Shown here in pieces: positions 8,208 through 16,331 of a DNA stretch of 27,746 bases. Position 1 is the stretch's first letter. Every line of letters starts with the position of its first letter. Below the pieces are notes generated by a model. It saw only the letters and a program-made list of their open reading frames with translations, ran no database searches and was not told the DNA's origin. The position numbers and the translations under genes were made by a program. The DNA comes from a virus (Duplodnaviria > Caudoviricetes): the IMG/VR virus record IMGVR_UViG_3300037423_000201, positions 1 through 27,746 of that record; one strand, 5' to 3'.

Positions 8208-8474
8208 ATGGCATACGTTGCTGACAATCTCGCAATGGTCTTCGCCCCTGTGGGCGGCGGTATCATCCCGCGAGCTTTCATCTACCAGACGACTTCCGAC
8301 TCCGACGCCACGATTGTTGGCGCCGGCTACTTCGCGGATGGCGTCACCAAGGGCATGCGCGTTGGTGATCTTGTCTTCGCGGTCGCCACGACTGGCCCGA
8401 AGTACAAGCTCTACCAGGTCGCATCGGTCTCCGGCGCGGCTGCTACGGTAGCGGCTCCGACCGCGATCACCTGA
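8208..8474 (+). CDS. putative capsid decoration/cement protein, 88 aa
   Basis: AAGGAG RBS; directly follows the capsid gene; beta-rich with AGYF....GMRVGD.V. Confidence 0.65.
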   Translation: MAYVADNLAMVFAPVGGGIIPRAFIYQTTSDSDATIVGAGYFADGVTKGMRVGDLVFAVATTGPKYKLYQVASVSGAAATVAAPTAIT

Positions 8475-8476
8475 TA

Positions 8477-8555
8477 GCAGCCTAGCGACTTCGGTCGCTG
8501 GTTGCCTCCCGGCGGTCGAGGGGGCTGGCCAGATTGCGCTGGCCCCCGAACCGCC
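8477..8555 (+). promoter_or_regulatory. two tandem stable hairpins after the capsid/decoration genes
   Basis: 8477-8505: AGCGAC-TTCG-GTCGCT core extended by GCAGC/GTTGC. 8511-8555: GGCGG/CCGCC plus GGGGGC/GCCCCC stem. No U-tract follows either. Confidence 0.6.
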
Positions 8556-8574
8556 TTCAACAAATGAGGCAAAC

Positions 8575-9051
8575 ATGAAGATTCCCGCCAATACGGCGCT
8601 CAACAGCGCTGATTTCACCCGCACGCTTCGCCGCCTGATCGTGCCCAACGACATGACGATGGAAGACTTGTCTGTCCCCGGCAATTGGGCGCACGTCTCG
8701 TCCAAGGTCAAGGTCGATGACGAGGTGATCGTCATCCCGGAAGATCGGACCTGGCGCCTGCATATTCTCGTGGTCGAAGTCGGCGTTGGCTTCGTGCGCA
8801 CCGCGCTCCTCCACGCAATCGATCTCACGAAGACTGTTTCCAAGGCTCCGGCCGTCGAGCAGCCAAGCGCCGTGCCCGACGATGCTCCTGAGCCGCCAGC
8901 GGGCTACACCGTCAACTTCGCGCCGGCTCATAAGTGGCGCGCGATGACGAACGACCCGCATATGGTGGTCAGCAAAGACCATCGCACCAGAGCGGAAGCC
9001 GTCGCTGCTGCTGTAGCGCATTCCCGTAAGGCCTCTGGGCTCGCCGCGTGA
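8575..9051 (+). CDS. hypothetical protein, 158 aa
   Basis: GAGG RBS; Pro-rich linker before a short C-terminal domain; GTGA overlap with the next gene. Confidence 0.75.
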   Translation: MKIPANTALNSADFTRTLRRLIVPNDMTMEDLSVPGNWAHVSSKVKVDDEVIVIPEDRTWRLHILVVEVGVGFVRTALLHAIDLTKTVSKAPAVEQPSAVPDDAPEPPAGYTVNFAPAHKWRAMTNDPHMVVSKDHRTRAEAVAAAVAHSRKASGLAA

Positions 9052-9473
9052 CCACGGTCGCTTATCGCTGGGGTGTGCTGGCGGCTGACAGCCGCATGAT
9101 GAACGGCGGGTGGAAACACCGTTATGCCGCAGAAAAACTATTCCGTCTGCCGGACGGTGGCGTTGCTGCGGTAACCGGCACTTACGCCGAAGCCGTGGCG
9201 TTTGTGACATGGCTGCAGGGCGGCGAGGTTGGTGATAAACCATCCATCTCCGAATCGACAGTGATCCGTCTTCGCAAGAACGGCACGCTGACGATCTATG
9301 AGGGGAACGCATCGTTCAACGTAACGACAGAATTTGGCGCGTGGGGCAGCGGTTCCCCCGCCGCTAATGCCGCGATGTACATGGGTGCCGATGCTGCAAA
9401 GGCCGTCGAGATAGCTGCGTTGCTCGATGATTGCACTGGCGGCGAGGTCTTCACCATGAAGTGCGAGATTTGA
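9048..9473 (+). CDS. Ntn-hydrolase, HslV/proteasome beta-like threonine protease
   Basis: GTG start giving (M)TTVAY; LAADSR; Lys 16 residues after the Asp; GSGS; AVEIA..LD..TGG. Confidence 0.8.
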   Translation: MTTVAYRWGVLAADSRMMNGGWKHRYAAEKLFRLPDGGVAAVTGTYAEAVAFVTWLQGGEVGDKPSISESTVIRLRKNGTLTIYEGNASFNVTTEFGAWGSGSPAANAAMYMGADAAKAVEIAALLDDCTGGEVFTMKCEI

Positions 9474-10103
9474 ATGGCCTCCAAGCTCAGCATCTACAAA
9501 TCAGCGCTGCGCTATCTCGGCAACGCGGCCGGCGTGGCAAGCCTCACCGAGGCAAGCCCGGCCCGCTATGCGCTGGATGATGTCTGGCAGGAAGCCGGCG
9601 AATACATGCTCGCCAAGGGCTTGTGGAACTTCGCCATCCGCTCTTCCGAGTTCCAGCATGACGAGGATGTTGGGCCGCTATTCGGCTACCAGTACGCATT
9701 CTCCAAGCCTACCGATTGGGTGCGCACAGTCTCGATCTCCAGCGATCCCACGTTCCAGATCGGGTTTGAGGATTACAATGACGAGACGGACTACTGGTAC
9801 GCAAACGCCGATCCGCTCTATATCCGCTACATCTCCAATGACAATGATTACGGCTGGAACATCGGCAAGTGGAGGGAACCCTTCGCCCAGGCCTTCGCAG
9901 CCTATATGGCGTTCCAGAGCGCGCTGCCAATCTCAGCGGATAAAGGCAACCGTACGGATCTGTTCAATCTGTCCAAGGCTCTCTTGACCGAAGCCAAGGC
10001 GCTCGATGCCGTCGATGACAAGGTGGACTATTCGCCAGCCGGACGGCTGGTGCAGTCCAGGATGCGTCGCGGCTCACTCTCCGGGACGCGCCGCGGTCTC
10101 TGA
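9474..10103 (+). CDS. tail adaptor / tail tubular protein A (T7 gp11-like)
   Basis: 209 aa; SKL.I...AL..LG, WNFA and Y.Y.F..P.D..R motifs; precedes the nozzle gene. Confidence 0.8.
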   Translation: MASKLSIYKSALRYLGNAAGVASLTEASPARYALDDVWQEAGEYMLAKGLWNFAIRSSEFQHDEDVGPLFGYQYAFSKPTDWVRTVSISSDPTFQIGFEDYNDETDYWYANADPLYIRYISNDNDYGWNIGKWREPFAQAFAAYMAFQSALPISADKGNRTDLFNLSKALLTEAKALDAVDDKVDYSPAGRLVQSRMRRGSLSGTRRGL

Positions 10104-12853
10104 TGCCGAAGCTTAACGTCTACCTTCAGCACTTCGCGGTCGGCGTGCAGGACAAGAAGCATCTGCCGCGCGTCGATCTGGAGCGTATGCGGCTGGCTGC
10201 CGAGACGCAGACCAATCTGCTCCCGCTGACCAGCGGTCCTGCCTTCATGCGGCCTGGTCTGGAATATCTCTCGACCACGGACAGCAACGATGTCTGCCGG
10301 GTGAAGGAGTTCGTTTTCGGCGCCACCGATGCCGCGCTGATGGAATTCACCGACCAACTTATGCGCGTCCGAGTGGACGATACCCTGGTGACACGGCCTG
10401 CAGTCACGGCGGCGATCACAAGTGGGGATTTCTCGTCTTCGACGGGCTGGACGCTCACGGCCACGTCAGGCGCCACTTCGACTGTCTCTGGCGGCTATCT
10501 CAATCTCACGGCTCTGGCGCGCGGCTCGAAGGCCTCCGCCGCGCAAACCGTTACCGTCAACGAGGCGAACACCGAACACGCACTGCGCATTGTCATCGAA
10601 CGTGGCCCGGTAACGCTTCGCGTCGGTTCCACGTCTGGCGGCGACGAGTATATCAACGAAACGGTTCTCCGCACCGGCACGCACTCCCTGGCGTTCACAC
10701 CGACTGGTGCATCCTTCTACCTTCAGTTCTTCTCGACGGATGAAAACCTGAAGCGCGTCGATAGCTGCGTCGTGGAATCGGCCGGAATCATGACCGTGCC
10801 GACGCAATGGCTTGAGGCTGATCTGTTCAAGATGCGCTTTGCGCAATCGGCGGATGTGGTCTTCGTCGCCTGCGCCGGCTATCGGCCGCAGCGTATCGAG
10901 CGACGTTCAACCCGCTCATGGTCTGTTGTCCGGTATCAGCCCGCCAACGGCCCGTTCACGCTCGGAACCACTCGCGATGTCAAGCTGACGCCAAGTGTCA
11001 CCGAGGGAAACGGCACACTTACAGCTTCCGCCTCGTTCTTCAACTCCGATCATGTCGGCACGCTGTTTTCGCTCACCCATGAAGGGTTCGAGTGCCACAC
11101 TCAACTGGCGGCCGAAGGCGAATTTACAGATGCCTTCAGGGTTACGGGCATTCAGGGCAGCAGTTCTGAGGGGCACGACCGGGATTGGGCCTACCAAGTC
11201 ACAGGCACATGGGCTGGCACACTTCGCTGGCAGCGATCCTTTGATGGGAAAGACTCTGGGTTCAGGGACTTTAGGAAGCAGTCTGGGACCAGCGATGTCG
11301 ACATCACGGGCAACGTTGCGTGGACCGCGAACAATGACGACGATGACAACGCTGTCATCTGGTACAAAATCGGCTTTAAGCCGGGGCTCTATACATCTGG
11401 CACGGCGACCATAGATGTCGATTACGATGGCGGCAACGGCACCGGCATCTGCCGCGTCACCGCATACAACTCCCCCACATCCGTCGATATCGAAATCCTG
11501 GCTCCGTTCCATGATACGGTGGCCACCGATGACTGGCGCGAGTGCGAATGGTCCGCCAATCAGATATGGCCGTCCGCTGTAACTTTTGCCGAGGGGCGCC
11601 TGTGGTGGTCTGGCTCGGATCGCCTCTGGGGCTCCGTCTCTGATGGTTTCGAGGACTTTGACGACAGCACGGAAGGCGATAGCGGGCCGATCTCGCGTTC
11701 CATCGCCACGGGCGGTGTAAATGACACGCAATGGCTCCTTGCCCTTCAACGCCTTCTTGTGGGCACGGAAGGGGCTGTCTCGACGGTGAAGTCCTCATCC
11801 TTCGATGAGCCGCTGACGCCGACGAACCTTTCGATCAAGGACAGTTCGTCTACTGGTGCATCCTCAGTCGATCCGGCGCGCGTCGATACCAGGGGCGTCT
11901 TTGTCGATCGCTCGGGGAGGGCGCTGTTCGAGCTCTCATTTGACGGGACGAGTTCAGACTACAACGCCACGCAGATGAGCAAGCTGGCGACGGACCTGTT
12001 TACGTCCGGCATCAAGACGCTCTCCGTGCAGCGTAGGCCGGATACCAGGATATGGGTCATCAACAATGATGGCTCCTGCGTCTGCATCGTCTATGAGCCG
12101 CTGGAACAGGTTCTGGCTTTCATTCCGATTGAAACAGATGGGGAGTTTGAGAGCGTCGCGGTTCTGCCGGCTGATGAGCAGGATCGGGTGTATTTTGTCG
12201 TCAATCGAACCATCAACGGTTCGGCGGTTCGCTACATCGAGAAGATGGCACTCGATAGCGAGGTGAAGCCCACGACCTTGTGCAAAGTCATGGATGCGCA
12301 CGCCCACGGAACCAATTCCCCAGCGTCTACGACTATCCATGTCGGCACGCATCTCCAGGGGGAAAGCGTTGTCGTCTGGGCCGATGGCGCCCCGCTGGTG
12401 ACGCTTGGGGCCAATGGCTACACGACGCCGAACACCTACACGGTGGACGGCAGCGGCAACATCACGGTTGGCTCGGCTGTCACCAATTGGGTTGCCGGCC
12501 TGCCCTACACCGCGCGTTACAAGTCCGCAAAGCTGGCCTACGGCGCGGCGGGCGGGACTGCGATTCTTCAGATGAAGAAGGTGGATGAGGTCGGGGTCAT
12601 AGCTACTGATTTCGTGCGCGCCGGCATCCGCTACGGTTCGCAGTTCGACAATGCGGACAGGCCACTGTTCCCACCGCCCGCCCAGAAGGATTTCACCACG
12701 GCACCTTCTATTGTTCTCAGCGATGTGAACGATGAGGAGGCTTGGATGTTTCCGGGCGAATGGAACTCGGACAGTCGCGTCTGCCTCGAAGTGGCATCGC
12801 CCAACACGGCGACGTTCATTTCCATGGTGTTCGGTGTGACCACTAACGGCTGA
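10103..12853 (+). CDS. tail nozzle / tail tubular protein B (T7 gp12-like)
   Basis: 916 aa; N....GP...RPG, FAQSADV, WPSAVTF.EGRLW, LLVGTEG, RYIE.M and GLPY motifs of beta-propeller nozzle proteins. Confidence 0.85.
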   Translation: MPKLNVYLQHFAVGVQDKKHLPRVDLERMRLAAETQTNLLPLTSGPAFMRPGLEYLSTTDSNDVCRVKEFVFGATDAALMEFTDQLMRVRVDDTLVTRPAVTAAITSGDFSSSTGWTLTATSGATSTVSGGYLNLTALARGSKASAAQTVTVNEANTEHALRIVIERGPVTLRVGSTSGGDEYINETVLRTGTHSLAFTPTGASFYLQFFSTDENLKRVDSCVVESAGIMTVPTQWLEADLFKMRFAQSADVVFVACAGYRPQRIERRSTRSWSVVRYQPANGPFTLGTTRDVKLTPSVTEGNGTLTASASFFNSDHVGTLFSLTHEGFECHTQLAAEGEFTDAFRVTGIQGSSSEGHDRDWAYQVTGTWAGTLRWQRSFDGKDSGFRDFRKQSGTSDVDITGNVAWTANNDDDDNAVIWYKIGFKPGLYTSGTATIDVDYDGGNGTGICRVTAYNSPTSVDIEILAPFHDTVATDDWRECEWSANQIWPSAVTFAEGRLWWSGSDRLWGSVSDGFEDFDDSTEGDSGPISRSIATGGVNDTQWLLALQRLLVGTEGAVSTVKSSSFDEPLTPTNLSIKDSSSTGASSVDPARVDTRGVFVDRSGRALFELSFDGTSSDYNATQMSKLATDLFTSGIKTLSVQRRPDTRIWVINNDGSCVCIVYEPLEQVLAFIPIETDGEFESVAVLPADEQDRVYFVVNRTINGSAVRYIEKMALDSEVKPTTLCKVMDAHAHGTNSPASTTIHVGTHLQGESVVVWADGAPLVTLGANGYTTPNTYTVDGSGNITVGSAVTNWVAGLPYTARYKSAKLAYGAAGGTAILQMKKVDEVGVIATDFVRAGIRYGSQFDNADRPLFPPPAQKDFTTAPSIVLSDVNDEEAWMFPGEWNSDSRVCLEVASPNTATFISMVFGVTTNG

Positions 12854-13221
12854 TGCTTACAATCCATCCTGCCGATCCGCATCAAGTCGCGGTTGCTCTC
12901 GATGTGGTGATCGACTGGCCAGCGGTTGCCTTTATCGGGATCGATGACGGCGAACTGGTAGGGACGGGCGGCATAGCCTGGGGCGCGGACAAATGCTGGT
13001 TGTGGCTTCAGGTCCTAAAGCCGAAGCCATGGTACGCAAAGCCGCTGGTCAAGATGGCCAGACAGATGCTGCGCAAGGCGGTGCAGCTGGGCGAATCTGA
13101 AGTCTACACCGTGCGGGATGCTCAATACGCGTCTTCCGCGAAGCTCCTGAAACTGGTCGGGTTTGAACTGTCCGAGATCAAAGACGGGCAGGAGGTTTGG
13201 GCATGGCATTTCTCCCCATGA
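12853..13221 (+). CDS. GNAT-fold virion assembly protein (T7 gp13-like position)
   Basis: 122 aa after the nozzle; DGELVG.GG, W.W and S.KLLKLVGF acetyltransferase-like pattern; TGATG overlap. Confidence 0.7.
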   Translation: MLTIHPADPHQVAVALDVVIDWPAVAFIGIDDGELVGTGGIAWGADKCWLWLQVLKPKPWYAKPLVKMARQMLRKAVQLGESEVYTVRDAQYASSAKLLKLVGFELSEIKDGQEVWAWHFSP

Positions 13222-13715
13222 TTGGCGCGCTGTTCGGCGGCGCAAGTGCCGCTGGTGGCACAGCCTCCCTCGGTTCGACGCTTGGCGCGATCGGTAGTGT
13301 CGTGTCGGGCGTTGGCACCGTGGCCGCTGGCGTCGCTGAGAACAATGCGGCTAAATTCGAAGCCGCCCAAATGGACCAGAAGGCCAAGGAAGAGGTCGCC
13401 GCTGCTCAGCGTGACGCCATGCAGAAGCGCCGCGAGGGAGCGCTGATCAATTCCAGGGCCCAGGCTATCGCGGCGGCTTCGGGCGGCGGCGCCGGCACCG
13501 ATGCGCCGACAATCGTAAAGCTCATGGGCCAGACAGCGGGCGAGGCGGATTACAACGCGCAGACGGCCATGTATGGCGGCTACTCCCGCGCTGCCGGCTT
13601 GAGGGATAGCGCTAAGGCTCGTCGCGCGTCCGGCAATGCGTCGCTTCTCGGCTCCGTTCTCGGTGGGTTCGGCCAGACAGCGGGCGGTCTCTACAAATCC
13701 GGCGTGTTCGGTTAA
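13203..13715 (+). CDS. internal virion/ejection protein (T7 gp14-like)
   Basis: ATG 13203 with GGAGG at 13191-13195; Gly/Ala-rich hydrophobic ends around a Q/A-rich coiled coil with A.AAASG. Confidence 0.75.
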   Translation: MAFLPMIGALFGGASAAGGTASLGSTLGAIGSVVSGVGTVAAGVAENNAAKFEAAQMDQKAKEEVAAAQRDAMQKRREGALINSRAQAIAAASGGGAGTDAPTIVKLMGQTAGEADYNAQTAMYGGYSRAAGLRDSAKARRASGNASLLGSVLGGFGQTAGGLYKSGVFG

Positions 13716-13727
13716 GGGGAGGCTATC

Positions 13728-16331
13728 ATCGCCCGCCTTCCAACAGCGCTCGATCTCAGCGGCCCGGAGAATCTTCGCTCCGGCCGCTCTATCGCGACGA
13801 TAGACACCAGCGGCATTGGCCGTGGGCTGGCAAGCCTTGGCAACTCGCTGGAACAGATCGGCGCCGAACGCCAGCAGCAGCAGAACACCGTCGATATCGC
13901 CCGCGCCGAGGCCGAGAAGACCAAGGGCCTGCTAGAGGTTCAGGATCAGTTCGCGCACGACCCGGACTATTCGACATACAGCAAGCGCGCTCCGGTCGCT
14001 GCGAACGAGGTCGTTTCCAAAGCCGCCAACCTCATCCGCGATCCGCAGATGCGCGCGCGCTGGTCGATCGGTGCAGGCACGGATGCATTCCGCGTCGCCA
14101 ATGGCATCAATGATCATGGCGTCACTGTTGCACGTGAAGCAGAGACCGTCGCCTTCGACAATGCGCTTGAGACCAATCGGCGCCTCTATGTCGATCCGAA
14201 CACACCGCCCGATGTAAGGGCCAAGGCCAAGGCCGACATTGCTGGCGCGATCGATCAGGGGCAGAAGTCAGGTCTTCTCGATCCGAGCCAGGCGGAAGCC
14301 CGCCGCAAACAGTATATCCAGGATGCCGAGTTCTCGCGCGGCAAGCTGGCGGTTGAACAAGATCCGTCGATCATCTCAAAGCCAAAGGGTCCGGTTGCGG
14401 GCATCGTAGCGGCGGCGGCAACAAGGCATGGTGTTCCGCCGGCAATCGCTCTCGGCATTGCCCAGATCGAAAGCGGGATGAACCCGAACGCTAAGGCGGG
14501 CACGTCATCGGCTGGCGGATTGTTCCAGTTCGTGGACGGCACGGCGGCGCAGTATCATCTGCGCAACAAGTTCGATGCCGAAGCCAACGCGGAAGCCGGC
14601 GCTCGCCTGACAGCGGACAACATAGCGGGGCTGAAGAAAGACCTTGGCCGTGATCCGACGCCAGGTGAGGTGTATCTCGCTCACTTCTCCGGTTATGGTG
14701 TTGCCGAGAAGCTCGCCAAGGCGCCAGCCGACACGCCAACCAGTGACATCTTCAGCCCGCAAGCGATCGCGGCCAACCGATCCATCCTTGCCGGCAAGAC
14801 CGCGGGCGAGGTCAAGGATTGGGCCGAGGCCAAGATGGCCAAGGGCATGCATGACGCGGGAGCTGGGACCAACCCCGACTGGTACAATTCGCTCTCGCCC
14901 GAACAGCGCCAGGTCATCAACAACGAGGTTGACACCCGCAACAACCAGATCGCCGCGCAGACCCGCGCCGATATCGAGGTTGCCACGACGAATGCGCCCG
15001 CTGCGATCCTGAACACCGGGCAGTATACCGGCACCGTTCCGACGCAGCAGCAGTTCTACGACGCCTACGGCCCGCAGGAAGGCGCGACACGCTATGATGC
15101 GTTCGTTGCCTCGATGCAGACCAACAAGCAGGCCTATGACATGCGCACCATGTCGGCGGCCGATATCCAGTCAATGGTCAATGCGGCCAAGCCGACATCA
15201 TCGGGTGACAATGCGGCACTCGAAGCGGCTCGATACAAGACGCTTCAGGATGCGCAGGAAGCCACGATCAAGGCACGCGAGTCCGATCCGGCAACCTACA
15301 TTCGGCAAGCGTTCCCTGATGTCAATCAGAAGTGGAACGACGCGCAGGCGCAGGGCAATTATCAAGCTCCGGTTGCAGCCTCGATCACGGCACAACAGCA
15401 GCTCGGCATAAAGAACATCATGCCGCTGCCGAAGCCGATCGCTCAGACGGCGGTGGATGCCTTCAAGGACGTGACGCAGCCGCAGGCCAATCGCATCGCA
15501 GCCGTGTCGAGCATCATCATGGCTACTCCCGATCCAGGCCAGCGCCAGATGCTATTCAACCAGATGGTGCAGCAGGGCTTGCCCGATGTAACGCAGGGTG
15601 CATTCGAAGCTCTTTCGCGTGGCGACACGGCAGCAGCACAGCGCTTGTTCCAGGCCGCCATGGTCGATCCGAAGGAATTGGCCGGCAACATCCCGAACGG
15701 CATCAAGACCAGCGACATCGACCAGGCCGTGCAAGCCAACATCATGGATCAGGGCAAGGTCGGCGACATCTATTACGGCCTGTCGAGTGGAACGGCGGAG
15801 AACTACACCCGCGCGCAGCGGGATTCGAAACTCATCAACAACGCCGTCAACATCCGCCTCCGCAACGGCGAGACGATGGATCAGGCCATCGCCGGGGTTT
15901 CGAAAGACCTCTATGGCGATGTCCAGGTCATTAACCAAGGCCATATGCAGATCCTTGTTCCATCACAGGCCGACAAGGGCGCCGCCATCACCGAACTGTC
16001 GGCAAAGCTGCCAGAAGTCGAGACGGCGCTGAAGAATGCCATTGCCGTTCCTCCGGGGACCAACCCGAGCGCGAAAGCCATCATCGAGACGGCTGCCGCC
16101 AACCATATTCCAAATGTCCTTGCCAACGGCTTCTTCCGCAATTCCGGCGACGGGTTCGTGTTCATCGATCCGTATACCGATAGCGCGGTAGCGGACGAGA
16201 GTGGGGCACCGATTATCTTCAAGATCACTGGCAACCTTCCGCCTTCACCTAATGCGCCGCTGACCAATCTTGGCACGACTGGCGCCGACACGCAGCAGCT
16301 CAACCAGATGCGCAGGACGATGGGCCAGTGA
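13728..16331 (+). CDS. ejection protein with a soluble lytic transglycosylase (SLT) domain
   Basis: SLT motifs IAQIESG.NPNA, GLFQF and YLAH. The frame is open for 107 codons upstream of the track ATG (14049), back to an ATC placed 5 nt after GGAGG (13718-13722); 867 aa from there. Confidence 0.8.
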   Translation: MARLPTALDLSGPENLRSGRSIATIDTSGIGRGLASLGNSLEQIGAERQQQQNTVDIARAEAEKTKGLLEVQDQFAHDPDYSTYSKRAPVAANEVVSKAANLIRDPQMRARWSIGAGTDAFRVANGINDHGVTVAREAETVAFDNALETNRRLYVDPNTPPDVRAKAKADIAGAIDQGQKSGLLDPSQAEARRKQYIQDAEFSRGKLAVEQDPSIISKPKGPVAGIVAAAATRHGVPPAIALGIAQIESGMNPNAKAGTSSAGGLFQFVDGTAAQYHLRNKFDAEANAEAGARLTADNIAGLKKDLGRDPTPGEVYLAHFSGYGVAEKLAKAPADTPTSDIFSPQAIAANRSILAGKTAGEVKDWAEAKMAKGMHDAGAGTNPDWYNSLSPEQRQVINNEVDTRNNQIAAQTRADIEVATTNAPAAILNTGQYTGTVPTQQQFYDAYGPQEGATRYDAFVASMQTNKQAYDMRTMSAADIQSMVNAAKPTSSGDNAALEAARYKTLQDAQEATIKARESDPATYIRQAFPDVNQKWNDAQAQGNYQAPVAASITAQQQLGIKNIMPLPKPIAQTAVDAFKDVTQPQANRIAAVSSIIMATPDPGQRQMLFNQMVQQGLPDVTQGAFEALSRGDTAAAQRLFQAAMVDPKELAGNIPNGIKTSDIDQAVQANIMDQGKVGDIYYGLSSGTAENYTRAQRDSKLINNAVNIRLRNGETMDQAIAGVSKDLYGDVQVINQGHMQILVPSQADKGAAITELSAKLPEVETALKNAIAVPPGTNPSAKAIIETAAANHIPNVLANGFFRNSGDGFVFIDPYTDSAVADESGAPIIFKITGNLPPSPNAPLTNLGTTGADTQQLNQMRRTMGQ

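Noticed and set aside
6040-8843. Long minus-strand ORFs 6040-7200 (386 aa) and 7182-8843 (553 aa)
   Set aside because: They lie antisense to scaffold and capsid genes, show no recognisable motifs, and are expected shadows of strongly biased GC-rich coding sequence. The same applies to the other antisense ORFs such as 19930-20943, 26268-27038 and 26894-27646.
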